A DNA stretch of 64,000 nucleotides from Mytilus edulis. Taxonomy: Eukaryota. The DNA is taken from assembly GCF_963676685.1 (NCBI RefSeq), contig NC_092345.1, positions 96,906,001 through 96,970,000 on the forward strand, read 5' to 3'. Shown one piece after another: positions 1 through 11,195 of this stretch. Position 1 is the first letter of the stretch, and each line of letters starts with the position of its first letter. The translations under genes were made by a program, and so were the position numbers. Under the pieces are notes generated by a model that saw only the letters and a program-made list of their open reading frames with translations, did no database searches and was not told the origin of the DNA.

Positions 1-202
1 CCAGGTTAAAGTTTTTGGTCAAGGTAGTTTTTGATGAATTTAAAGTTACATCAACTTGAAACTTAGTACACATGTTCCCTATGATATTATCTTCCTAATC
101 TTAATTCCAAATTAAAGTTTTGACCCCAATTTCACGGTCAACTGAACATAGAAAATGATAGTGCGAGTGGGGCATCCGTGTACTATGGACACATTCTTGT
201 TT
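1..202. mobile_element. End of a non-autonomous HINE/DTC84-like element with ~170-bp internal unit
   Basis: Reverse complement of 49963-50330 (cactatcattttctatgttcag...aaaaactaccttga units; gtacacggatgcc..actcgcact end). Confidence 0.6.
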
Positions 203-1461
203 TTAATTGAAATAAGTTATTATGATACAAAAAAAAAGATTGATCTGTAAGGAAGGTTGCATTTGAAAAATGTTTGGTTCTATTGCGACATCAAATGATA
301 TTTTTAAAAGAGAGATTATTTACCCTGTCATTGTCAAACGAGGTTTTGTGGAATGGAAAACATTTTTCAGTCAACAAACTCAAGTCGGATTTTATCTATT
401 TATTTTCTTTTTTTGTTATTTACCATAAGTTTTTCTTATCAGAGAACAATACTTGTCCCCAAATATATTTAACCTACATTGCTTTTCTCAATAAATTTGG
501 CAGTTTTAACATCAAAGATTACGATCGTAGCTTTTGAAACATATTCAAGATCATTCAACTAATTTCTCACTAAAAATTTCCAATTGAATGTACTACTTAT
601 TGATTACACCCAATAAAGCAATTTAAAGAAAAACTGTCAAAAACCAACTTAATCGAATTTTCCAATCTGAGTTTAAAACCGTAAAGTGTGGCTAAATATA
701 AAAATGGTTCATTCTGTTGGAATTTCGGTGATGAATGACATATTTTTCTCACCTAATTTAAACAGGTAAATTGAAAAGGTAAATGCACCTTTATTAATGT
801 ATTGATTTGTGCAACTCTATCCCGTGGGAAAATATTTGAAAGTAACTAATTTATGTTTAGAAACCGTGTGATTTTCTGTTTGAAGCAGCAGTTAAAACTA
901 GAATAGCTCAGCAAATTTCCAAAGGGATTTCATTTCACTTTTTCTGAACTATGAAAAGAACAACATAAACTTCTGAACTTGAAAAAAAACTAGTGGCGAC
1001 CATAGTTAGGCGATCTACTTTCAATAGTCTCTTATCATAAATTGATGGAAGGACTTATTTTGAATACTAGTAAATCTAACAGATATAGCGAAAGTTTCTG
1101 TATTCAAGATTATTTCTTTGTTACATATAATATACTGTAAACCTCTTCAATTAACCGTCCGACAAAAAAAGCTGAGTGTTTTTCTTTTGTCTGTTTTAAG
1201 ATATTGTGACGTGTTTATATAATATCCGTTGAGTTTGAATTTCTAGTTGTTTCGTTTCAACTCCAATGTATAGCTTGAATAATCTTGAATCGAGGCCAAG
1301 ACATTTTCTTCTTGAATAACTGAAAACTATTTCATAGAGACAAGTACTTAGTTTTGAATTTGATTAAATTTGTAGTTAGTGTTTGGTATTTTAAAGAAAC
1401 ATTTTACTGGGGAAAAAATGGAAAGCGGATGAAGAAAGAACGACAGAGATTAGGATGCTTA

Positions 1462-1765
1462 GGGAGCTACCATTTGATTTTTATGGGAGGCTAGGATGAA
1501 ATATTTTGTCCTGCATTTTTTTTTTAGCTGTAATCTCTGTCCTGCCTTTTTATTTTTCACTCTGTTCGGTCCTGCCTTTTTTTTTTTTTTAGTTTATCCT
1601 GACTTTTTTTTACCTAAATTGTCGTCCTGACTTTTTTTTTGCAAGTGTCTCATCCTGCCTTTTTTTTTTTTTAACTCAAAACTCCTGTCCTGCCTATTTT
1701 TTTCAAATTTCATCCTAGCTCCCCCCCCCCCCCCCCCCACCCATAAAAATCAAATGGTAGCTCCC
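1462..1765. mobile_element. PIF/Harbinger-type (Tourist-like) MITE
   Basis: TIR GGGAGCTACCATTTGATTTTTATGGG ... CCCATAAAAATCAAATGGTAGCTCCC, TTA target duplication on both sides; further copies at 13608 and 30995. Confidence 0.85.
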
Positions 1766-2274
1766 TTATGATAATGGTGATGATGTGCGTTTTACCTATG
1801 TTGATACTATACTACGAGAAATCGTCTTGATCTCTTTATAAAATTGACTTATTTAACAATTTGCACATTTTGATCATAGGAAAGAGTTTGTTTTCCAAAA
1901 GACAATAGTATTAAGCCCTAACCCAAGCCTTCGGGAAGCTAGTTTAGTCTATTTAACAGAATGGCCATTTCATTTTGATGAAACGGGCAATAAAAGAATA
2001 TTGGCACATGTTTCAATATCCAAACCATGTTCTATCAGAAATAATGTTAGCTCTAAACAAGTCACAATTCAAAGAAGGATGCCGAACATCTAAATAATTA
2101 CGCGTGATGAGTGGGTAAAAACATGTAGACAAAAGGAAGCACGAAAAACTTACCTCCCAATGTTTCCATTTGTTGGAGCAGTTGGTTAATGGACGATAAC
2201 TGTTGCATTGTTACACACTGGTATTTACATATATGTATATTAGTTTATTAAAAGTGTATTTCTGTTGCTGAATT

Positions 2275-2996
2275 CATGTACGGTAAGACTGTTGCTTCAT
2301 TGCTGTAAGGTAAAACTGCCGCTGCATTGCTGTACGGTTAGACTGTTGCTGCATTGATGTAAGGTAAGACTATCGCTGCATTGTTGTAAGGTAAGACTGT
2401 TGCTGCATTGATGTAAGGTAAGACTGTCGCTGCATTGCTACACGGTTAGACTGTTGCTGCATTGATGTAAGGTAAGACTATCGCTGCATTGCTGTAAGGT
2501 TAGACTATCGCTGCATTGCTGCAAGGTTAGACTGTTGCTGCATTGCTGTAAGGTAAGACTGTCGCTACATTGCTTTAAGGTAAGACTATCGCTGCATTGC
2601 TGTAAGGTTAGACTATCGCTGCATTGCTGTAAGGTAAGACTATTGCTGCATTACTGTAAGGTAAGACTGTTGATGCATTGCTGTAAGGTAAGACTGTCGC
2701 TTCATTGCTTTAAGGTAAGACTATCGCTGCATTAATGTAAGCATAAATGTAAGGTTAGATTGTTGCTGCATTGATGTAAGGTAAGACTGTTGCTGCATTG
2801 CTGTAAGGTAAGACTGTTGCTGTATTGCTGTAAGATAAGACTGTTGCTGAATTGATGTACGGTTAGACTGTTGCTGCATTGCTGTAAGGTAAGACTGTCG
2901 CTGTATTGCTGTAAGGTAAGACTGTTGCTGCATTGATGTGAGGTAAGACTGTTGAAGAAATTGATGTAAGATAAGACTGTTAAAGAAATTGCTGTA
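2275..2996. repeat. 27-bp minisatellite (ctgttgctgcattgctgtaaggtaaga)n
   Basis: About 26 tandem units; explains the 9-aa periodic ORFs. Confidence 0.95.
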
Positions 2997-4159
2997 GCCA
3001 CCGTGGTCAGTAGCTCTCTTGGTAAATATGCTATTACTTTAATCAAAAGATGAACTAATACCAGATTGTTTTGCATGACAGTGCTTTTAATGGAGTGGAA
3101 ATTACCTTATCACACAACAGTCCGCAGAAAAATACTTGATCTGTCAAAGAATTTTCGAACTTTTTGTTAATCTTTTATCACTTTTTCTTTGTATATTATA
3201 TGATGTTTATCCTCTTTAGATATTATGTGCAAATGTGCGGTCATTGTTGATAATCATCAATTGTCCATCGATTTCCTTCCTTTTTTGGCTCTTTTCCTCT
3301 ATCAAAGTTGACAACGTTTTCTGTTTGTGAATGTTTTCCTGCTATATTGCTCTTCTCTTCCTCTCTACATTATGACTGAATGACAATAAAACAGGAAGTA
3401 AAATAATAGTTGAGAATTATGAATCTTTTGCATTAATTTGTCCAAAATACATATTACAAGTTAAGTTTTAACAAGAAATAGAAGTACAGTGCAGTTTGGT
3501 ATTGGAATAGAATGCCTGACGTTGGTTGACCATGTAAGACTAAAAAAAATTACTTCAATTTTGTTTATCATTATCTATTAAAAAAAAAATGTCTTCAGCT
3601 TTGCAGTCCTTAACAATGCAGATGTCGTTTATAAAGGCTAGTGCAGCTTACGTGCAAAACTGCCTCTGGCACTTTTAAGTGCATCAAAAAATTATCAAGC
3701 ATTGCATATTTGTGTGACAGACGCGACAATCTGTATGTACTCCCTTCTATTTTATTACGCCTTGATACTGATATGAAAAACGTGTTTGCATTTCAATGTA
3801 AACTAAAATTTAATTATTAAGGCGTAGATGATAAATTGACGGATCTTAAGTGAACAGAATAATCATCGGAACAATTAACTAGGGATCAGACTTTCATTCA
3901 ATTTGTGTTTTATTGACATACACTAATCACAGGGTCACAGACTTTCCTTTTTTGCAACATTCACCAAAGCAATGACCAAACTGCTAAACCTAGTTGGTAG
4001 TGAAAAACGTCGATTGTCTATACCACGTTGATTGAAGCCCGGTATTAAACTTATTATTATTTTACATCATTGAAACATTGAGCAACATTGTTATTTGTTA
4101 TCTGTTAGATCTATGTAAATTGCATTCATATTCTGTGGTCTGATGAGCTGACTCTAGAG

Positions 4160-4372
4160 CAGGATGGTCGTTGGTTCGATCCTTGGCCGGGTCATTCCAG
4201 AAATCTACTCTGCTAAGCACGCGTCATTGAGGCTGGTCGACTCAGAATACTGTGTCCGGCTATATATGACCTGTAACCTTGTGAACCAGCACGCTAAAAA
4301 TTCGACTCTGAACAAACTAGGGTTCATATCTTGAATATGGATTTAATTTGTCACTGGACGTTAAACAACCGC
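4160..4372 (+). mobile_element. Degenerate tRNA-derived SINE
   Basis: B-box GGTTCGATCC near 4175, gctaagcacgc core, and a tttgtcactggacgttaaacaac tail that recurs near 28865. Confidence 0.5.
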
Positions 4373-5751
4373 CATTTTTCATCACCGTTTAATGGAAGAT
4401 AAGTCATACATTTTTTACCATGATGATTTGAAAGAAATTTTTGAAGATCTACAATCCCTCATCATGATTGATTGTAATAAATAAAGGCTCTGGATAGAAT
4501 TAACGATAGGATAGTAACTAATGGAATGGAATGTTTAATCATCAAAGTTTTGGCAAACAAACGAAATTTCGTTTTTATATGTTGAATGTGTGCCAATCGG
4601 CGATTTTACAGTCACTTAAGCGATGTTAATGCGGAACCGGATAATGGATTATTGCGACTGTTGAATCAGGAATTCAGTTAATTTTTAAAAGATACATTTT
4701 GTCACTTAATTCTTCAAATTTCACAAATTTCTTTAAATATGCAATTTCTGCTGCGATATTCATTTTGTGTGTCGCGATGATATGTCAGGCGACTTTGGGG
4801 AAAAGGACGATATTTATGTCTATTTTTTTATCAATTGAAGAAATTGGAAGTGACTTGTTCCCAACTACACCTTTTTTTTCTGCTATACGAATAAAAAGCA
4901 AATTGATCTACACAGCAAACTAACGCAACTCGCTTCTAACTTATTGATGAACCAGTTAAAAAATAAATTGCGATCGATGTGTGATATTTGCTGAAAAGTT
5001 GATAAAAAGGTACATATTTAGGGTCCATTAGACAGATTTATTAGATCGATTTATTATTTTCAAACACTGAGAGAGAGAGATAATATAAAGATTACATACT
5101 TTGCATCTGATGAAGTTTTGAATTTATACTAAATATAGTAAATATTCACATATAAGCTCTTTCACGGTTCTGCAATCTGTCGATACACAAGGTCATGTTT
5201 TCTATGACTGTGTATGACGTCTTTACGCTAAATCTATTGGATATTTGATGTGTACGGATTGATATTCTAGTCTTAGATACGGGATTCTTTTATAAGTTTT
5301 TATTGGTTTTGATCTAGCTGTCAGTACGTGAGTATTCTCTGATCTGTACCACGCACAGTCTGTGTGTTTGCTAGATGTTTCTTTCTGCTTTGTATTGATC
5401 GGATTGGTTTAACCCCTTTCAACTGATTTATAGAGGTCTTATATTGTGCTGTAACACCATTGTCCCAGTTTAGAAGGATGACCCGTATGGTTTTTCATTT
5501 ATTGTTGAAGCACAATGTAAGAAAAACCTCTTTAAATCAGAAAAAAAACCATCATTGCTGTGGAAAGTTGTCTCCTTGGCAATTATACCACATCTCTTTA
5601 TTTTTATGAATAAGAGTATCAACGCGAAACTATCACAGGACCCCTCATACAAAATGATACATTTGCGACTGTATAGAGACGGACAATCATATATGTACCA
5701 TGTAGGTTTAAAACAAATATACTCCAAACATGCATTTCAGCTACAAAAGAT

Positions 5752-5890
5752 TCATCAGTTACTCTCCAATTAAAAAAGTGAAAAAGGCACAATAAAAATC
5801 GAAGATGAAGATAGCATTAGACTCATCAGTTACTCTCCAATTAAAAAAGTAAAAAAGGCACAATAAAAATCGAAGATGAAGATAGCATTG
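5752..5890. repeat. ~71-bp tandem duplication
   Basis: tcatcagttactctccaattaaaaaag...gaagatagcatt occurs twice. Confidence 0.85.
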
Positions 5891-6030
5891 AAGTCAAGTC
5901 ACAATATTTCTAGACTCCCAAAGAAATGGAGATTGATCCTTGACTGTTTTGTTACTTTTTCATGTAATGCTGTTTTGTTTCTTTGTTATTTAGCACACAT
6001 TTGTTTTCATTCATCCCTCTTTTTGTTGAT

Positions 6031-6310
6031 GGAAAGGGAGACAAGGCAGGAGTAAACACTATAAAGGAAAGGGAGAAAAGACAGGAGTGAACACTATAAA
6101 GGAAAGGGAGAAAAGGCAGGAGTGAACACTATAAAGGAAAGGGAGAAAAGGCAGGAGTGAACACTATAAAGGAAAGGGAGAAAAGGCAGGAGTGAACACT
6201 ATAAAGGAAAGGGAGAAAAGACAGGAGTGAACACTATAAAGGAAAGGGAGAAAAGGCAGGAGTGAACACTATAAAGGAAAGGGAGAAAAGGCAGGAGTGA
6301 ACACTATAAA
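6031..6310. repeat. 35-bp minisatellite (ggaaagggagaaaaggcaggagtgaacactataaa)x8
   Basis: Direct tandem units with a 35-bp period. Confidence 0.95.
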
Positions 6311-7434
6311 ACTATCTGTATTAATTAAATTAGTCTCCATCTCTTTTTAGTAAGCAGTGGATTTTCAAACATATCTCTTAAAGTGAGGAATTTCTAATTC
6401 ATAGTTTTTTCTTTGGTTGAATTGTGTCCTTGTTATAGAAATAGAAACTTTAATTTCAATAATTTCCAATTAATTGAAATCAATCGAATTTTCGGATAAT
6501 TGGATGAAAACCTAAGAATGACCCCCAACGTAATGGATTAATCGAGTCGTTTGTGATTAAGAACGGGTTGATATCGATGTTTTGTTTAGATTCTTCATTT
6601 TCTTAAAACTAATAAAACTGTGATCAGACGTTATATCAAAGAAATAAAGAAGACGTTTAAAAGACAAAATACTTCGTGTCGCCATATGACCATCCTGATT
6701 AACAATAGATTAAAAAGCTTTTTCGGTGCCGGTTATCTTGCATAATGTAAATATCAAACTAAAAACGAGTCTAGCTGTACAACTTTCATCATTAATATTT
6801 TGTAATTGGACGATACTTTTAGATGTGAATTATTGTTATGCCAGTGTGTTAATTAATATTGCTTTGCAACCTCCACGGGCCCTAATTTGGCGAAAAAATT
6901 CATATTCTTATTATTTATACATGTTTTATGATGACATACTTTCAAAATGGTTTTATATTTAAATGTGAACGGATTTTTCAGGCTTTGAAAACTTCATGTA
7001 CTGTCTAAGACTGTTTCGAGATGCCAACGTGTATGTGTTTCTTAATTAGATGAGCCTCGCACCTATAGTATATCTTAAATTTTGAAAGATTGTAGCAGCA
7101 ATCAATCTGTCATCTTGAAACCGCTTCAGGTTTTTTTTCTTATTAATATGGTCAATTTGAAGACGAACGCCTCTTTGTTAAATGAGGTATTGATCAGTGT
7201 GAAATCAAATGATAAATAATTACCGTACAAACACTGACAAAGACGTCGCGCAAAATACTGGTGATAATAACGTAACGTCGGAAATATAGCAAAAAGCCGT
7301 CTTATTTTCTTGTTTTTTACGTAACGTTTTTCTAATGTGATTTCTAATGTGTAAGCATTGATTCATTCAGGTTTTTTTTCATGGGAATATTTTTTTTCAG
7401 TAAAGATATTCATGTATATTTTATTTAACGAAAA

Positions 7435-7469
<35 letters not shown>

Positions 7470-7513
7470 CAAATTTACAGATCTAACATTGTTGGGTTGA
7501 TGTTTAGACGAGT

Positions 7514-7560
<47 letters not shown>
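7435..7560. repeat. Two (TA)n microsatellite tracts separated by a ~46-bp island
   Basis: Seen directly; abuts the 3' end of the Penelope-like element. Confidence 0.9.
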
Positions 7561-7564
<4 letters not shown>

Positions 7565-7646
7565 ATCACTATAATAAATGTTCTTGTGTATAGAAATATA
7601 TATAGATTACTAGAAAATCCAACATTTCCGGTATGAATAGTTTTAA

Positions 7647-7688
7647 TTCACTAGTACTTTCATGTTTAAATAACAATCTTCAGGTGAA
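7647..7688 (-). ncRNA. Minimal type I hammerhead ribozyme of the Penelope 3' region
   Basis: Minus strand reads ttcac-CTGAAGA-ttgtt.attt.aaacat-GAAA-gtac-TA-gtgaa: stem I ttcac/gtgaa, stem II tgtt/aaca, palindromic stem III AGTACT, cleavage triplet CUA. Confidence 0.8.
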
Positions 7689-7821
7689 ACTATACATGAT
7701 TAACGTAACTATGTAACGGTAGGTATGTAACGTCATAGTTGTCGTTGAGTATATAAAGGGAGATAAATCGTATTACACTTAGTCTATATATAGAAGTATG
7801 GAGCGTCATTATTACACAATA

Positions 7822-8252
7822 CACCTTATCGCTATTCCCGGCTGACCCGTCCGCTTGAACTTTTGACGTCAACAACAATCACTTTTCCATTGTGGCGTCA
7901 GACATTTTGTTTTATGACGTCAAAATTTTACGGGAACCTGTGTGATTTCCAGCAATGGCGGACAAATAGCGATAAGGCAGCAACCATTTGATTTTCTGGG
8001 GGGGGCTATGGTTTTTTTTGGAAAAAAAAGTTTGTTTCCAGTTTTTGGAGAAAAAAAAAATTTGTTTTTGATTCTAAGAAAAAAAAATTGTTTGTTTCAC
8101 CCTCAGCTGCCACTATATGTAATGCTAAAATTGAAAGAAAAAAATTGTTTTCGACTTGTCGCGAAAAAAATAGATGCGGCGAAAAAAAAAATTTGTCCAG
8201 AAAAAAAAACCATAGCCCCCCCCAGAAAATCAAATGGTTGCTGCCTAAGGTG
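7822..8252. mobile_element. TA-flanked MITE (TIR CACCTTATCGCTATT) inserted at the end of the Penelope ORF
   Basis: TA|caccttatcgctatt ... aatagcgataaggtg|TA once the nested MITE at 7976-8245 is removed. Confidence 0.75.
7976..8245. mobile_element. PIF/Harbinger-type MITE nested in the right TIR of the 7822 MITE
   Basis: TIR GGCAGCAACCATTTGATTTTCTGGGGGGG with TAA target duplication (7973-7975, 8246-8248). Confidence 0.85.
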
Positions 8253-8254
8253 TA

Positions 8255-9114
8255 TAGAAAATGCATAGTTTGCATTCAATCGTGATTTAAATTTTGAAAT
8301 AAAATGTTTTTCCTTTACTTCTCGTGTAATGTCACAACCCATATTCATTTTATAAAATGGGAATATTTTAAAAAATCCCCCTCCACATTCGTCTAAATGT
8401 TTGCTTAGTGGGATTTTTCTGTATTGTGGCTGCCTTATATGTTGTCTATGAATGCGCACTCTTTCTGTTACACTGTTCCCTGTTTGGCCGATATAAATTT
8501 CCTGGCAACCATTACATTTAATGCAATAAATTAAGTTCTCGGATTTACAGGTAATGTCTTCGTTGGTAAAAAGTGATAGACCATTAGGTATGTCCATTCC
8601 CTTGCCGACATGGATATACGGACATGCTCCACAACGACTATCTCGACATTTTGACACACTGAATGTTCTTTGTTGGTCGAATCGTGCTCGGGTCAATAGT
8701 CGTTTAAGGTTTTGTGGTTGCCGTTTACTTTGTAGAAGTGTTTCTGTATTAATTAAACGGCGCATCTTTTCATCCTGATCAAGAATATGTAAATTTGCCT
8801 TTGCAACGGGAATAATTTTAAAGTTCCGGGGATTATGTGTAATAACGAACGGTATTTTATCGTTGTTATTACTCTGCTCCTCGCAGGTGGAGCGTAGTTG
8901 GTTGGTTGGGATCTGTTTTGCCATTTGAATTCCCCTTTCTATTAAAGTCTCTGGATAGTTTTGCTTGATCAAAAATGATTGTAGTTCCTCTAGACGGTCT
9001 TCTCTCAAATGTTCATCCTCGACTACTGTACATATTTTTCTTGCTAAACAATAGGGGATATTCCTTTTGGTATGAGATGGGTGGCACGAATTAAAATCTA
9101 AATACTGATGAGTA
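8255..9114 (-). pseudogene. Penelope RT thumb, Cys linker and GIY-YIG endonuclease (part of ORF 8103-9173)
   Basis: THQYLDFNSCHPSHTKRNIPY thumb, CRDSRCGAC linker, NLIYCIKCNGCQEIYIGQT..R..H..REVKE; separated from RT by a 4-bp insertion and interrupted at the 3' end by a MITE. Confidence 0.88.
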
Positions 9115-10479
9115 CGTATCAGTACCTTTGTAAAAAATATCGGTTTTAATTTCAGTGCCATCTTTAATAACAAGAATGTCTAGAAACGGTAATTGGTTAA
9201 AATTTCCATCCTTCGTAAATTTTATGGAGGTATGAAGGTTATTTAGTATGTCCGAAAATAGTTGGAGTTCTTCGTCGGATTTGTTCCAGATAATGAAGCA
9301 ATCATCAAGGTATCTTTTCCATGATAATTCGAATTCTCTTGCAAATTCAACTCCAAAATTATTTTCAACTTCTTGATACAGTCTTTGTTCAAGGAAGCCC
9401 ATGACTAATGTTGCATAGGTTGGTGCAAATTTTGTTCCCATTGCTGTCCCCCGATGTTGCAAATAGTTCTTGCCATTGAAATAGAAAGAATTGTTTTCAA
9501 GAATTAGTTTAGTAGAATCGAGTATAAAGTCAACAGTGAATCGATTTGGTATTGCATCTCGATGTTTTGCAACCCAATATTGTATTGCCTCTATTCCTAA
9601 ATCGTGTGGAATGTTCGTATATAGGCTTGTGACATCGAAGCTTACTAAACGAGCGTGAACCGGTGCTATTTTTGGCAGGTGTGAGAGAAAATCTATATCG
9701 TCTCTTATATAGCTCGGTACATATTTACACAATGGTTTCAAAATTATGTCTAAAAAGTTGCTTAGTCTGTGAGTGGGACTTGCTGGACCTGCAATGATGG
9801 GTCTAAGTTTAAGATCCGTCGGTTTTTGCACTTTTATGTATTCGTTTTGCTGAGAATTAATAGCCGATTGGATCTCCTTTGATTTATGGATTTTTGGAAG
9901 GCCATAAAAGTTACTCGTTTTCCTTTCGAAATTTTTCAAGTAATCATACTCTTTTTCCGTAGTGGCCGTTGTGTATTTGTTCAGTACGGTATTCATTCTT
10001 CTCTTGACTAGATGATCTATATTATCAGGAATTTCTGAGTAAAATGTCGAATCATTGAGTTGTTCTTCAACTTTAATTCTATAGTAGTCTGAATCCATTA
10101 TTACTATTGCCCCACCTTTATCGGCCTGCTTAATTACTATGCTTTTATCGTTTCTTAGATTTTGGAGTGCTGACTTTTCGCCTTTAGTTAAGTTGTGGTT
10201 GACTTTAATTGGTGTAAGTGGGTAGTTGGACAAATTTTCGATGTAGTCATCTAAACACTTGTTTCTTCCGGTATTTGGAATAAAGGTAGATTTGTTTCTT
10301 ACTAACGAGTCGTCCTCCTCACTTTCTTTATCCGCGAAATATTCAGTGAGTCTCAATCTTCGACAAAATTTCAACATGTCTGCTTTAAGTTCATCATGAT
10401 CCACAGAGGGAGTTGGTGTAAATTTTAAACCCCTTTTAAGCAATTTCAGTTCATTGTCATTAAATACTCTGTTGGACAA
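9091..10479 (-). CDS. Penelope-like reverse transcriptase (frame open further upstream without ATG; frameshifted near 9115)
   Basis: Complete set of RT core motifs including catalytic YLDD. Confidence 0.92.
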   Translation of the reverse strand: MSNRVFNDNELKLLKRGLKFTPTPSVDHDELKADMLKFCRRLRLTEYFADKESEEDDSLVRNKSTFIPNTGRNKCLDDYIENLSNYPLTPIKVNHNLTKGEKSALQNLRNDKSIVIKQADKGGAIVIMDSDYYRIKVEEQLNDSTFYSEIPDNIDHLVKRRMNTVLNKYTTATTEKEYDYLKNFERKTSNFYGLPKIHKSKEIQSAINSQQNEYIKVQKPTDLKLRPIIAGPASPTHRLSNFLDIILKPLCKYVPSYIRDDIDFLSHLPKIAPVHARLVSFDVTSLYTNIPHDLGIEAIQYWVAKHRDAIPNRFTVDFILDSTKLILENNSFYFNGKNYLQHRGTAMGTKFAPTYATLVMGFLEQRLYQEVENNFGVEFAREFELSWKRYLDDCFIIWNKSDEELQLFSDILNNLHTSIKFTKDGNFNQLPFLDILVIKDGTEIKTDIFYKGTDTYSSVFRF

Positions 10480-10502
10480 ATTTATAATTTTTGGATCGAC
10501 TT

Positions 10503-11195
10503 TTAGGCATGTTTTAGACTGGTTTCTTCTGGATTTTTCTCCCTCTCGGGAGTTATTTGGCCCGACACTAAAAAATGAATACGTTTTTCTTGATTCTGGC
10601 GCTGATTAGTTTTTACATAATTTACATAATTTTGCCGGTTGTTTTGAACGTTATTCTTATTGATACGGGATCGGTTCACTGATTTATTTCTTGGACGGCG
10701 ATTTTGTTGGTAGTTTCCTCTACCAGCTGACTGCGTATTCGCTGTCCGACGTTTTTGAGACGAAGCATTGCGAACTACTTCCGCATATGATTTTCGTTCT
10801 CCTTTTGTCGACACTGACCGACTTTGCCTTCTTGAAATGTTTTTCGAAGTATTTTTTCTGGCTGTCGAACTTGAGCGTCTGCGATTGGTTATCTTCTTTT
10901 GTCCACTTGGTTGTCTTCTGGTATTTTGACCAGTTTGAAGTTTTGATCGTTGTTGCCGTTTCTTGTATTTATTCGGTTTACGATTATCTTCAAAAGACTG
11001 CTCTTTACCGTAATTTTTTATGTAATTTTCTAAGAATTCTTGCTTCTTATGCCATAAATTACGGGATTTTTCCTCTTCTTTGAAAATATCACGTGTCCAA
11101 ATTTCCTTAAGCTTTTCAGCTATTCTTTCCGTTGATATCTTTTGTATTCCTGCCACCATTTCAGCATCAATTGCGTTGTATTTCTCAGTGTAGCT
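10503..11195 (-). CDS. Penelope ORF1 / N-terminal helical and basic (R/K/S/N-rich) protein, 5'-truncated
   Basis: Part of ORF 10503-11324; helical segment followed by a basic low-complexity tract; overlaps the RT frame in -1. Confidence 0.65.
   Translation of the reverse strand, partial: SYTEKYNAIDAEMVAGIQKISTERIAEKLKEIWTRDIFKEEEKSRNLWHKKQEFLENYIKNYGKEQSFEDNRKPNKYKKRQQRSKLQTGQNTRRQPSGQKKITNRRRSSSTARKNTSKNISRRQSRSVSTKGERKSYAEVVRNASSQKRRTANTQSAGRGNYQQNRRPRNKSVNRSRINKNNVQNNRQNYVNYVKTNQRQNQEKRIHFLVSGQITPEREKNPEETSLKHA

Larger units (their letters stand above)
7561..11195 (-). mobile_element. Penelope-like retroelement (ORF1, RT, Cys linker, GIY-YIG, hammerhead-containing 3' region), 5'-truncated
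   Basis: PLE motifs NLS..LLKRGLKFTPTP, ADKGGAIV, FYGLPKIHK, RPII, SFDVTSLYTNI, GTAMG, RYLDD, LPFLD; C-terminal IYCIKC..IYIGQT. Confidence 0.92.

Noticed and set aside
2535-3076. Gln/Cys-rich periodic ORFs
   Set aside because: Translations of the 27-bp minisatellite; frequent stops and no splice support.
2100-3400. Possible minus-strand non-coding exons (GT donors near 2153 and 3105)
   Set aside because: No ORF or homology; cannot be supported without transcript data.
4140-4165. CTGATGA hammerhead-like half core
   Set aside because: No downstream GAAA or stem III; the same applies to CTGATGA at ~5107, 9105, 41925 and 58712.
7942-8285. Short Lys/Phe-rich ORFs and the last ~50 aa of ORF 8103-9173
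   Set aside because: Read-through into MITE homopolymer sequence.
8255-10479. Selenocysteine recoding as in Naiad-type Penelope elements
   Set aside because: No in-frame TGA within the RT or GIY-YIG frames.
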